51,094 nt of DNA from Octopus sinensis (lineage: Eukaryota): NCBI RefSeq assembly GCF_006345805.1, contig NW_021834706.1:1-51094 (forward strand), read 5' to 3'. Position 1 is the stretch's first letter; the number at the start of each line of letters is the position of its first letter. Below, one piece after another: positions 1 to 11,800 of this stretch. The notes below the pieces were generated by a model, which worked only from the letters and a program-made list of their open reading frames with translations, ran no database searches and had not been told where the DNA came from. The position numbers and the translations under genes were made by a program.

Positions 1-192
1 GACCTGAAACAAGTAAAAGAGAGTACATACGTACACACACACCCACACACACAACACACACACATATATATATATTATATATATATATAAACACGTGTTG
101 CCACTATATTAGTTGCACTATCTTACACATACATGTGTACACGCCTGCACGAACGCACACTTGCATGCATACGTATTTACACATACGCACTT

Positions 193-223
<31 letters not shown>

Positions 224-390
224 AACACACACAAACACACACAAACACACTTTCTCATTCACACATACCTACACGCACACACAATTTGGATTCCTTCACA
301 TTCACTGATACTTCTCTCTCTTTTTCTCTTTCTCCCTCCTCCTCTCTCTCTCTCTTTCTCTCTTTCTCCGTCTCTATCTTTCTTTCTCCC

Positions 391-422
<32 letters not shown>

Positions 423-562
423 TTTACTCTCTCTTACTCTTTCTCGCGCGCACTTTCACATATATACATATATTATATACGTGTTATAGCATTTGTAGTC
501 ACAGGCATTAAATCTGGTTATTTATTTCTCTATATCTCAGAAATTTATAAATAAACGCTTAC

Positions 563-632
563 CAGGCATCTTCGTAGGTATTAATACCCACTCGCAATAC
601 TGGAAGAACATCGGGTGGAGGTTTAATTCTAC
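563..632 (-). CDS. Candidate internal exon (70 bp) of an unidentified gene; open as (G)RIKPPPDVLPVLRVGINTYEDA(W) or VELNLHPMFFQYCEWVLIPTKMP
   Basis: Minus-strand acceptor acacag at 633+ and donor CTG|GTAAGC at 562; unique sequence; two open frames; no family recognised. Confidence 0.45.
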
Positions 633-686
633 CTGTGTGTGTGTGTAAGTATGAGTTTATGTACGCATGTGCGCGTATAGCTCTGT

Positions 687-1077
687 GGAAGCACTCCGTC
701 GGTTACGACGATGAGGGGTCCGGTTGTTCCGAATCAACGGAACAGCCTGCTCGTGAAATTAACGTGTAAGTGGCTGAGCACTCCACAGACACGTGCACCC
801 TTAACGTAGTTCTCGGAGATATTCAGCGTGACACAGAGAGTGACAAGGCCGGCCCCTTCAAATACAGGTACAACAGAAACAGGAAGTAAGAGTGAGAGAA
901 AGTTGTGGTGAAAGAGTACAGCAGGGATCACCACCATCCCCTGCCGGAGCCTCGTGGAGCTTTCTTTTAGGTGTTTTCGCTCAATAAACACTCACAACGC
1001 CCGGTCTGGGAATCGAAACCGCGATCCTATGACCGCGAGTCCGCTGCCCTAACCACTGGGCCATTGCGACTCCACGA
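687..1077 (-). mobile_element. Full-length tRNA-derived SINE, family A
   Basis: tRNA-like head (CAGTGGTTAGGGCAGCGG...GGTTTCGATTCCC on minus); 10-bp TSD atagctctgt at 677-686 and 1078-1087. Confidence 0.9.
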
Positions 1078-1244
1078 ATAGCTCTGTAACGATGAGTAAA
1101 ATGGCATTAGAAAAATCATTCTATCGGTACATCATACACTTAAATATATCTTTTCCGGGTACGGCTCGTTTTACCAGCAACCACATCATAGATACATACC
1201 TAACTACAAAAAAGCTCTCACAACTACATCTATATACACGCAGC

Positions 1245-1636
1245 GGGAGGCGCAATGGCCCAGTGGTTAGGGCAGCGGACTCGCGGTCATAGGATCACGG
1301 TTTCGATTCCCAGACCGGGCGTTGTGAGTGTTTATTGAGCGAAAACACCTAAAAGAAAGCTCCACGAGGCTCCGGCAGGGGATGGTGGTGATCCCTGCTG
1401 TACTCTTTCACCACAACTTTCTCTGACTCTTACTTCCTGTTTCTGTTGTACCTGTATTTGAAGGGGCCGGCCTTGTCACCTCTCTGTGTCACGCTGAATA
1501 TCTCCGAGAACTACGTTAAGGGTGCACGTGTCTGTGGAGTACTCAGCCACTTACACGTTAATTTCACGAGCAGGCTGTTCCGTTGATTCGGATCAACCGG
1601 AACCCTCATCGTCGTAACCGACGGAGTGCTTCCATC
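1245..1636 (+). mobile_element. Full-length tRNA-derived SINE, family A
   Basis: A/B-box-like head; 11-bp TSD atacacgcagc at 1234-1244 and 1637-1647. Confidence 0.9.
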
Positions 1637-1699
1637 ATACACGCAGCTGCATGACTACATATATAAATGTGTGTGGTGTGTGTGTGTGTGTCTGTGTGT

Positions 1700-1795
1700 C
1701 TGCATGTATGCTGAAAATCCTTGGGTTTAAGGGTGCCGCGAAAGGGCGTCGCCTGAGGCCAAGCATTCCGAGTTCTTTTTCAGGGCTTAGAAAAA
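1700..1795. mobile_element. Mariner-type MITE end fragment
   Basis: gtatgctgaaaatccttggg resembles a mariner TIR and the fragment at 23892. Confidence 0.3.
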
Positions 1796-1945
1796 CCGCT
1801 GTAATAAGTGTGTGAATCTGAGAGGAGGGGGATATGTTAATAAAATCATAATTACAGGGATCCTCCTCTATTTTCGTTTATCCCAAGCCAGGAACATTTC
1901 AGTACCCCTTTGTATATACATATATATAATTATACATATATAAAT

Positions 1946-2011
<66 letters not shown>

Positions 2012-2030
2012 CATACATATATATATATAT

Positions 2031-2141
2031 GTCGGCCCGGGGCTATAGCAGAAGACACTTGCCCAAGATGCCACGCAGTGAGACTGAACCCGAAGCCATT
2101 TGGTTGGTAAGCAAGCTACTTACCACACAGCCACTCCTGCG

Positions 2142-2145
<4 letters not shown>
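2031..2145 (-). mobile_element. SINE family B head fragment
   Basis: Matches the tRNA-like head of full copies at 5802 and 8899. Confidence 0.8.
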
Positions 2146-2182
<37 letters not shown>

Positions 2183-2760
2183 CTCTGAGCGAGGTATAAA
2201 CAGTAGCTGCACGAAATCGTGAAGTATATTTGCTATTTAAATATGGCTAACCCTTAAGGGTGGATGCTACTGTAGCTTGTAACCCCAGGAGGACATCTCC
2301 TCCAGCTGGCTATTGACACACTTTCTGTGCCCTATCAGTGGTTGCAAAGGAAAGCCGTCCTTCCCATCTTCCAACCTGACATCATACACACGGACCTGAG
2401 TTTCTGGGTATTGAAATTGATGCGTGAGCGTTTTGCAAATGAGATTCGCAAGGAACCATGAAAGCGTCGATTTGTGAGTTCGAGTCAGCCTGAGGATAGC
2501 TCATCATATTTTGGTCATTTGTTTATATTTAAAAAATGTCGCTTGAAATCGGAGAATAAATATAATTATGATATATATTATATATAGTTATTATAATATG
2601 AGCCTTCCATAGTAGCTTTCTCTCTGTAACTCGCAAATCCTTTCGTGTTTGTTTCTGAAAAAACACTGCGCACGTTAAGAGGTTAAAATGCGTGTATGTA
2701 TGTATGGATGGATGTATATGTATACATCCATACAGACACAGAAAGCTCTAAGCAATTATA

Positions 2761-3143
2761 GGAGCACTCCGTCGGTTGCGACGATGAGGGTCCCAGCTGA
2801 TACGATCAACGGAACAGCTTGCTCGTGATATTAACGTGTAAGTGGCTGAGCACTCCACAGACACGTGTGCCCTTAATGTAGTTCTCGAGGAGATTCAGCG
2901 TGACACAGAGTGTGACAAGGCTGGCCCTTTGAAATGCCGGTACAACAGAAACAGGAAGTAAGAGTGAGAGAAAGTTGTGGTGAAAGAGTACAGCAGGGTT
3001 CACCACCACCCCCTGCCGGAGCCTCGTGGGGCTTTTAGGTGTTTTCGCTCAATAAACACTCACAATGCCCGGTCTGGGAATCGAAACCGCGATCCTCCGA
3101 CCGCGAGTCCGCTGCCCTAACCACTGGGCCATTGCGCCTCCAC
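2761..3143 (-). mobile_element. Full-length SINE family A
   Basis: Colinear with 687-1077; imperfect TSD tctaa(g/a)caatta at 2747-2758 and 3144-3155. Confidence 0.9.
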
Positions 3144-3439
3144 TCTAAACAATTACACGATACTCAGACAGACACACACACAAACACACATACACACACA
3201 TAAGTAAAAACATGTTCAACAGTCTGACGATAAATAAAAAAAATTCCTCTGGAATGATAAATCACAGCAAAGATTTCCTATCACACATCGACAAGGATAA
3301 GGGACAGTGTGTGCTGTAAAGTAAGGGTTTCCGTTAGAATTTGCCAAGTTCTGGTATTTCCTTTCTGTTTGGATCAGCAATTTCCTGCCTTCATTTTCTA
3401 ATACTAAACACTAACACGCTTACGCATACAAGACAATAT

Positions 3440-3544
3440 GTATTAAGCGTAGATGATACATGCATTCGGTCATATAAATACACTCGCTGACACACGGACA
3501 CACACACACACTCACACACACACACACACATACATATAACTCTA

Positions 3545-3596
<52 letters not shown>

Positions 3597-3880
3597 CATA
3601 CACATTTATAGATGTACGTAGATATATATATGTATATACACACATATATACACATATTTAGATACATGTATGTACATATTTATGTGTGAGCATATGTGTA
3701 TGCGTATATGTTGTGTAAGTGAATGTGTGTATACACACGCACACACACACATATATATAGATTCATATAGATACAGACATACATATAAGTATATATATAT
3801 ATATATACATATAACTCTCTCTCTCTCTCACTATATATATATATACACACACACACATTTATAGATGTACGTACATTGTA

Positions 3881-3926
<46 letters not shown>

Positions 3927-4055
3927 ATACATACATATATACACATATTTAGATACATGTATGTACATATTTATGTGTGAGCATATGTGTATGCGTATAT
4001 GTTGTGTAAGTGAATGTGTGTATACACACACACACACACACACACACATGCATGT
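3440..4055. repeat. (CA)/(TC)/(TA) microsatellite block containing a ~255-bp local tandem duplication
   Basis: catttatagatgtacgta...gtaagtgaatgtgtgtatacac occurs twice (~3600 and ~3860). Confidence 0.85.
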
Positions 4056-4309
4056 ATCAGATAAAAACGGATTTATAAATCCAATCTGTAACCTCAGTCA
4101 ACACTCGGGCGAACAGCAGCTAAGAATCTATAGAAGTGGATAGTCTACTTTCAAGAAAACCGTCCATACAAACTGAAATCTCGGCGATAATTTATTAGTT
4201 GCAGATCATAAGATAGAAAGTCTGTGAATGGTGGCGATGTCATGACACTTATTCTTTTGTTACGATCGTTTCAACAATACATGGTACACTTTTATGGACA
4301 ATACATGGT

Positions 4310-4340
4310 TCATTTCCATAACTGCGTCCATATTACATAA
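4310..4340 (-). CDS. Candidate terminal coding exon fragment (YVIWTQLWK*)
   Basis: Strong minus-strand acceptor ttctttcattgcag; phase-2 frame compatible with the 8303-8380 candidate. Confidence 0.25.
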
Positions 4341-4596
4341 CTGCAATGAAAGAATAATTTACTAACCATAACTTTCATTCTTGGGCTCATCATATATGTA
4401 TATATGTATGTGTGTGTGTATACGTGTGTATACGTGTGTATACGTGTGTGTGTATGTGTGTGTAGGCGCAAGTGCGGCCGAGTGGTTAGAAGTAAAAAGA
4501 AGTATACACACAAACAACACACTCACACAAACACACACACACAAACACACACACACACACACACACGCACACACACACACACAAACACACACACAA

Positions 4597-4634
<38 letters not shown>

Positions 4635-4639
4635 TACTT

Positions 4640-4940
4640 GTTATGCTGCGGCACCGCTTTGAAGTATATTTAGTGGGACGAATCGCCCCCTCCCCCACCC
4701 AGTACTTTTTTTTAAAAGCCTGGTACTTAATCTATCGGGACATTTACTGAACCGCTAAGTTACGGGGCCGTAAACACACCAATGTCGGCTGTCAAGTGGT
4801 GAAGTAAAATAAAACCACACACACACACACACACACATACGACGTATTTCTTTTGGTTTCGTCCTACCAAATACACTCAAAGGGCTTTGATTGCCCGAGA
4901 CTATAGTAGAAGAATCTTGCCCAAGATGCCACGCATTTAG
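4640..4940 (-). mobile_element. Diverged SINE family B
   Basis: Tail, internal (CA)n and head segments similar to 8899-9293. Confidence 0.75.
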
Positions 4941-4964
4941 ATATATTATCATATAAGACTCGTT

Positions 4965-5165
4965 ATCGCATAGTTAATCCAAACAAGAAAACACAAAAAA
5001 AAACACAACAACGCGAGGACGTGGAACAAATATAGTATTATTGGACGCTCAGGAAAGAAGGCAAGAAGGAGGGTTTAACGTTTCGAGCGGAGCTCTTCGT
5101 CGGAAACATAGGAGAAGGTAAGATCCCGAGAAGGGAAGTCAGAGGCAAAAAAATCGCCAACGGTA
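4965..5165 (-). mobile_element. Penelope-like pLTR-derived repeat with hammerhead motif
   Basis: Reverse complement is homologous to 17655-17830. Confidence 0.6.
5073..5107 (-). ncRNA. Minimal type I hammerhead-like motif with U4C core variant
   Basis: GUUU CCGACGA A GAGC-UCC-GCUC GAAAC GUU AAAC: stem I GUUU/AAAC, stem II GAGC/GCUC, palindromic ACGU stem III. Confidence 0.6.
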
Positions 5166-5596
5166 CACACGCGGTCAGGCACATGCTGTCAGTAATTACT
5201 CAGACTAGGCAGTTGGTGGCGTTTATGTAGTAAAACGCATAAAAAATATGCGTCTGTGTTTACTTCTGCCTTTATAGCACATAAAGAAAACGGTGTTGTA
5301 GGAGTGTACGCAGCATGTGTACTACAGCATTACTATGCGTAGCTTAAACATTGGGATTGAAAAGCCGGAGCGGATTATTCCTACCTGATCTCCCAAATCA
5401 ATAAAATATTTTGCATATTATGCATAGTAATCAGAGTGACCTTCATAATTTTATTGAATTAGGTGCATATTTTGACATAAAAGGCAAATGTTGCTATCGA
5501 TCTATTTTATTCAAGGTAGGAACTACATACCATGCCTACCTAATCGGCACGTCCCTGTTATATATGAAAATACATACATACATATATACATATATG

Positions 5597-5646
<50 letters not shown>

Positions 5647-5733
5647 TATATATACATATATGCACACACATATATGTATAATATATATATATATATATCA
5701 GTATTGCACGTGTATGTATGTTATATATATATA

Positions 5734-5801
<68 letters not shown>

Positions 5802-5806
<5 letters not shown>

Positions 5807-5942
5807 CGCAGGAGTGGCTGTGTGGTAAGTAGCTTGCTAACCAACCACATGGTTCCGGGCAAGTGTCTTCTGCTATAGCCTCGGGCCGACCAAAGCCTTG
5901 TGAGTGGATTTGGTAGACGGAAACTGAAAGAAGCCTGTCGTA

Positions 5943-5989
<47 letters not shown>

Positions 5990-6214
5990 TTGTTTGTGTG
6001 TCTGTGTTTGTCCCCCTAGCATTGCTTGACAACCGATGCTGGTGTGTTTACGTCCCCGTCACTTAGCGGTTCGGCAAAAAGAGACCGATAGAATAAGTAC
6101 TGGGCTTACAAAAAAAGAATAAGTCCCGGGGTCGAGTTGCTCGACTAAAGGCGGTGCTCCAGCATGGCCGCAGTCAAATGACTGAAACAAGTAAAAGAGT
6201 AAAAGAGTAAAAGA
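5802..6214 (+). mobile_element. tRNA-derived SINE family B with internal (TA)/(TG) microsatellite
   Basis: Head ataggcgcaggagtggctgtgtggtaag; 3' tail (gtaaaaga)n; small deletion in head. Confidence 0.9.
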
Positions 6215-6759
6215 GTATATATATATATACACATACTCGTACGATACTGATACATAACGATACCACGCATGAAGTCGCGCGCACACACACACACACAAAC
6301 ACGCACAGACACGCACACGATACCACATCTGTCTGCGCGTACGTGCACATGTAAATGTGTGTGCATGTGTATGTGTGTGTATTTTTGTGTATGTGTGCGC
6401 ATGTGTGTGTGTGTATGTGTGTGTGTGTGTGTGCCTGTGTACTTAATATCTGTAATATGTATGCGTCCTCTAAAGAGAGTTTTGAAACCCGAAACTCTTG
6501 TTCCAGTGTGGATCTCATATCTGAACAAACAAACCGTAAGTTATATTATCTAAGCGTTATTGAATAGCGGCATTTACTCGCACACACACGCGAGCGTGCG
6601 CATGTATATATATAAAATCCTTTAAAAAATCCTTTAAAATGTTTTAGCCCGAAGGCTGCGGCCATGCTAGGGCACCACAGCGATATGTATGAGCGATATG
6701 TATGAATATGTATGCGTAAGTATATAGGTGTGAATGCATTGATACATGTATAGTGGCAT

Positions 6760-7177
6760 GAACGTGTATGTATAATATATACGTGTGTGTGTGTCTGTGT
6801 GTATGTGCGCGTGTGTATTCTTGTATGTATGCTTGTATGTATGTATGTATGCTTGTATGTATGTATGTATGTACGTACGTACGTATGTATGTACGTATGT
6901 ATGTATGTATATGTATGTATGTATGTATGTATATGCATGTATGTATGTATGTATGTATTATGTAGTATGTATGTATTGCATGTATATGTATTATGTATGT
7001 ATATGTATGTATGTATGTATGTATGTGTATGTATGTATGTATGTATGTATGTAGTATGCATGTATGTATTATGTATGTATATATGTATATGTGTGTGTGT
7101 ATGTATATGTATGTATGTATGTATGTATGTTTGTGTATGTATGTATATATGTATGTATGTATGTATATGTATGTATG

Positions 7178-7209
<32 letters not shown>

Positions 7210-7320
7210 TGTATGTATGTATGTATTTATATATGTATGTATGTGAGTGCCTGAAGATATATATATATATATATATATACGTATATATGAGTACACTATA
7301 AATGTGTGTGTGTATGTGTG
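6760..7320. repeat. (TATG)n tetranucleotide microsatellite
   Basis: Direct inspection. Confidence 0.95.
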
Positions 7321-7529
7321 TGTATTTGAGGGAGATTCTATACTGTATTTAGGTTTTATTTAGTTTTTTGGGTTTTTTTTTATTAATCGTGGAGTAGTAT
7401 CTTCCGGTCGGTGAACCGGAAGTACTTTCTTATGACCGTCAAAGTATTTCTATATACGCACTCCTTTGTCCTTTATTTTGGATGCCGTTTCCAAAACACA
7501 GGAACGCTTTTCCGTCCCCTCAGTCTAAC

Positions 7530-7531
7530 AC

Positions 7532-7626
<95 letters not shown>

Positions 7627-7715
7627 ATACATACATTGTAGCATGAGTATATTTTCTCACTTCCTGCTCTGCCCACACTACATCTCTCTTAGTATAAATT
7701 TCGTTTATATGTCCG

Positions 7716-7774
<59 letters not shown>

Positions 7775-7799
7775 GAATATCTATTTGTCTGTCTTTCTT

Positions 7800-7852
<53 letters not shown>

Positions 7853-7935
7853 TTACCTATCTCTCTATTTATCTTTCTATCTATCTACCTATCTACCTAC
7901 GTACCTATCTATATATCTGTCTATCTATCTGTCTA
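7530..7935. repeat. (CT)n, (CA)n and (TATC)n microsatellites
   Basis: Direct inspection. Confidence 0.95.
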
Positions 7936-7940
7936 CTTAC

Positions 7941-8090
7941 CTTGACCCATGGTCTCTTGGAAGGACGAATAAGGCCAAAATGGAGAATATACTCGAATTC
8001 AACTCTAGCAATCTGCAGCTTTTCTGGAGACAAACGACGAGGTCTGGGAAATAGAGGAGGTTCTTTACTCGTTACAAAATGCTTAGTAGA
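7941..8090 (-). mobile_element. Ty3/Gypsy pol remnant (start of RT region)
   Basis: Translates to [50 protein letters not shown], matching the Gypsy H.I.T.GPP...RPRRL.PE.L...K.EF..ML..GIIRPS.SPW pattern. Confidence 0.85.
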
Positions 8091-8302
8091 ATGAACTGGC
8101 TGTGACTATACCATTTACTATTACCTTTACAGGGCATTATAATACGTAATATACTTGTTTCTAAGACCAGCGAGTGGGTGTAATATGAATAAAATATGGC
8201 TGCTATTTCTGCGCAGAGGCTTTTATTTTAACTTAGATTAATGTATTCAAGACCTTCTAAACGAATGCCCTTTTCGTTTAGTAACACCTTCTTAATACTC
8301 AC

Positions 8303-8380
8303 CGCCTCCTCGTTTCGATTCGGCAAAACGGAACACACCACGTACCCATAAATGTACACACGTCAGGATGTTTCCTGATG
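8303..8380 (-). CDS. Candidate internal exon (78 bp); frames IRKHPDVCTFMGTWCVPFCRIETRR or SGNILTCVHLWVRGVFRFAESKRGG
   Basis: Donor GCG|GTGAGT; acceptor cctgtag with weak pyrimidine tract; unique sequence. Confidence 0.4.
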
Positions 8381-8454
8381 CTACAGGTGCAGTGTATGGC
8401 TTTATTGCATGTGTGGAAATACCCACAAATTTTGGTAATGTCTTTATATCTTAC

Positions 8455-8481
8455 CAAAGTTTAGATTTTTTCCTATCTCTC
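8455..8481 (-). CDS. Candidate 27-bp microexon
   Basis: Acceptor ttgcttttgcttgtatcgtcttctcaag; donor TTG|GTAAGA; frame-preserving; 74-bp intron to 8380. Confidence 0.25.
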
Positions 8482-8584
8482 CTTGAGAAGACGATACAAG
8501 CAAAAGCAATAATACCTTAGGAGACGATTCGATAATTTATTTTTTCTTCTGAAAATGTCTTGTGTCTGTCAGAAATCCATATTT

Positions 8585-8820
8585 ATCTCTTTACTACCCA
8601 CAAGGGGCTAAACACAGAGGGGACAAACAAGGACAGACAAACGGATTAAGTCGATTACATCGACCCCAGTTGGAAACTGGTACTTTATTTATCGACCCCG
8701 AAAGGATGAAAGGCAAAGTCGACCTCGGCGGAATTTGAACTCAGAACGCAGCGGCGGACGAAATACTGCAAAGCATTTCGCCCGGCGTGCTAACGTTTCT
8801 GCCAGCCCGCCGCCTTATTC
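8585..8820 (-). mobile_element. tRNA-derived SINE family C, single copy
   Basis: Minus strand reads ggcggcgggctggcagaaacgttagcacgccgggcg...gcctttcatcctttcggggtcgataaataaagtaccag. Confidence 0.9.
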
Positions 8821-8898
8821 TGTCAGAAATCCATGTTAAAGATTTGGTTGTGTCTAGTATTTAAAATCATGAAAATTATCAGCAATAAACAGAAGTAT

Positions 8899-9293
8899 AC
8901 TCTTTTACTTGTTTCAGTCATTTGACTGCGGCCATGCTGGAGCACCGCCTTTAATCGAGCAACTCGATCCCGGGACTTATTCTTTGTAAGCCCAGTACTT
9001 ATTCTATCGGTCTCTTTTGCCGAACCGCTAAGTAACGGGGACATAAACACACCAGCATCGGTTGTCAAGCAATGCTAGGGGGACAAGCACAGACACACAA
9101 ACACACATATATATATACACATATATACGACGAGCTTCTTTCAGTTTCCGTCTACCAAATCCACTCACAAGGCTTTGGTCAGCCCGAGGCTATAGTAGAA
9201 GACACTTGCCCAAGGTGCCACGCAGTGGGACTGAACCCGGAACCATGTGGTTGGTAAGCAAGCTACTTACCACACAGCCACTCCTGCGCCTAT
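8899..9293 (-). mobile_element. Full-length SINE family B
   Basis: Colinear with 5802-6214 in reverse. Confidence 0.9.
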
Positions 9294-9589
9294 AATTTAA
9301 AAGATATTGTATAAATTCTGGTGTATGAATATATATGCAATAAAGGCAGCCATTGCACCAATAACTTTAGGTAAGACGTATCAATTTCACTTCCGGAGGT
9401 CGATATCATTTTTCCTTCTTCCAGAATTCGAAAAGAAAATAGTTGGTTTGGTTACTGTCACTAGAATCTAGAACCTACAGTGTAGAAACAATGGTGCTAT
9501 AGGCGCAGGCAGGGGAGTATAGCCAAGAAGCACTCGTTTACGCAGAGACAGGGTTCCACGTTCGATCCCATTTTATGACAATAGCTAAT

Positions 9590-9990
9590 ATAATTTCCTT
9601 TTCGCTCTCTCATTCTCTTCCGTTCTTTTTCTTCTTCTCTCACGTTTTCTTCTTCTCTCTGTCTTCTCTCTCTCTCTCTCTCTTTCTTTTCTTTCTCTTT
9701 CTTTTTTCTTTCTTTCCTGTTTTCTCTCTCTCTCTCTCTCTCTCTTTCTTTCCACTCTTTCTTTTTTCTTTCTTTTCTTTTTCACTCTCTTTTCACTCTT
9801 TCTTTTTCTCTCCTTTCTTTCTCCCTCTCTCTCTCTTTCGTTTCCCTCTATTTCATTCGCCTCTCTGTATTTTCTCTCTCCCCCTCTTTCCCTCTTTCTC
9901 TTTCCTTCTTTCTCTCTTTCCCACTCTCTGTCTTTCCCCTCTCTCTTCCCCCCTCTCTCTCTCTCTCCTTTTCTTTCCCTCTCAATTCCT
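9590..9990. repeat. Pyrimidine-rich (CT/T) low-complexity tract
   Basis: Direct inspection. Confidence 0.9.
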
Positions 9991-10630
9991 GTATGCAATA
10001 TTGCATTTCGAATCTCCTCTTCCAACATCTCACGTATTTTCTCTTATTCCACTTCCATCTATAATTCTAATATTTTTTCCCAGAAAATTCTACTTCTTCG
10101 CATCTTTTGTTGTACTACGGTATTATCTTTTATTATCCATTTATCTAAACATTTGGCTTTGTCTTGTAGAAACAGCGGTCAAAGTCAGAGAAAACGTAAT
10201 TTTCTCCAGCTGAACGAAAATATACAATTTTAAATTCATATATATTAAACATCATATCATTACTTTGCTATGCAAACTGCCTGGAGGTGTATAGTTAGAA
10301 ATTTTGCTGTGAAACGCTGATTCTTTTTTGTGTTTGCAGTTGACAACTTCCATATTTACATAGCCCCATGTGATAAACCATTTACTCTTATTTGCAATTT
10401 ATTTCTAAGTGTGTTCTCGATGTGTTGCATAAATAAACAGCTATATTCCATACGCATAATATAATATATTCTGTTATTTTATCGGAAACAGTGTGGATAA
10501 ATCATACGGAATATAAATGACATTCATACTTAGAGATCTAAGACTATACTTTCGCGAAATGTATCGCAAAACAAACGTGGGATTATTCCTTTTGTTCTTC
10601 GATTCTTTTGCTTGAATCATTCATTAGGTA

Positions 10631-10987
10631 GCGGTCATGCTGGGGCACCACCTTTTCTAATGCTTTTCACTTTTATCATTCACGTGTTTCAGTCACTAGA
10701 CTGCGGCCATGCTGGGGCACCACCTTTTTTAATGCTTTTCTCTTTTATCATTCACGTGTTTCAGTCACTAGACTTCGGCCATGCTGGAGCACCACCTTTT
10801 TTAATGCTTTCTCTTTTATCGTTCGCGTGTTTCAGTCACTAGACTGCGGCCATGCTGGGGCACCACCTTTTTTAATGCTTTCTTTTTTATCGTTCACGTG
10901 TTTCAGTCACTAGACTGCAGCCATGCTGGGGCACCACCTTTTTTAATGCTTTCTCTTTTATCGTTCACGTGTTTCAGTCACTAGACT
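10631..10987. repeat. Minisatellite of five 71-72-bp units derived from the SINE B 3' end
   Basis: Unit gcggccatgctggggcaccacctttttaatgc...tttcagtcactagact starts at 10631, 10703, 10775, 10846 and 10917. Confidence 0.95.
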
Positions 10988-11285
10988 GCGGCCATGCTGA
11001 AGCACCGCCTTCAAAACTCTTTAGTTGAGTGGATCGACTACTGCTTCTTATCCTATCGGCTCGCTTTTGCTGAATCGCTAAGTTACGGGGACGTAAACAC
11101 GCCGACACTGGTTGTCCAAGGAGTGGTGGGGTACAAATACACAGACACATATACAACGAGCTTCTTTCGGTTTCCGTCTACCACATTCACTCACAAGGCT
11201 TTGGTCTGCTCGAGGCTATAGTAGAAGACATTTGCCCAAGGTGCCACGCAGCGGGACAGAACCCGGAACCATGAAGTTGGGAAAC
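10988..11285 (-). mobile_element. SINE family B
   Basis: Continuous with the minisatellite; body and head recognisable. Confidence 0.85.
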
Positions 11286-11667
11286 AACCACACAAACACA
11301 CCCACTGGAATGAAAGCTTTAGTCAAACAAATCGACCGCAGTACTCTTAGATTTTTTTTTTTTTAATCTGGTTCCTATTTTATTGGTTTCTTTAACCAAC
11401 ACCCCGGGGTACAGGCACATACACAAACCAACACCGGTTGTCAAGTGGTTGGGTACACACAAACGCGCACACATACTATCACACACACAAACACTCACAC
11501 AGACGCTCATACAAACACAGGCCAAGACTAAACAACAAGAAATACGAAAACAAGCGAGTTAAATACGCAAACAACGAGAGAGAAAATTGAAAAACAGGTA
11601 AATAACACAAAAAACGACCCTTCATCAGTTGTTGGCTATCTATCTACTCCTCATTTCGATGGGCTTA

Positions 11668-11800
11668 ATTCAGTTTCCATCTACCAAATCCATTCACAGC
11701 CCGAGGCTATAGAAAAAAACACTTGCCCAAGGTACCATACAGTGGGATTGAACTTGGAACCATGTGGCTGGGGAACAAGCTTCTTACCACACTGCCACAC
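11668..11800 (-). mobile_element. SINE family B head fragment
   Basis: cagtttccatctaccaaatcc...gaaccatgtggctgggg. Confidence 0.75.

Noticed and set aside
1245-1320. tRNA genes at SINE heads (here and at many other loci)
   Set aside because: tRNA-like A/B boxes run straight into SINE bodies with TSDs; no standalone cloverleaf
2335-2560. Possible Tc1/mariner remnant or exon (WLQRKAVLPIFQPDIIHTDLSFW; minus TQVRVYDVRLEDGK)
   Set aside because: Similarity to W...SPDL.P.D..W is too weak and splice sites are poor
10612-10842. ORF with a 24-aa repeat GHAGAPPFLMLFSFIIHVFQSLDC
   Set aside because: It is the 72-bp SINE-tail minisatellite, not a repeat protein
10631-10987. CRISPR-like appearance of tandem units (also the SINE C arrays and the 39831 hairpins)
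   Set aside because: No unique spacers, eukaryotic context, no cas genes
11605-11655. CTGATGA and CGAAA on the minus strand
   Set aside because: Order and flanks do not give a paired stem II; at most a partial Penelope-like remnant
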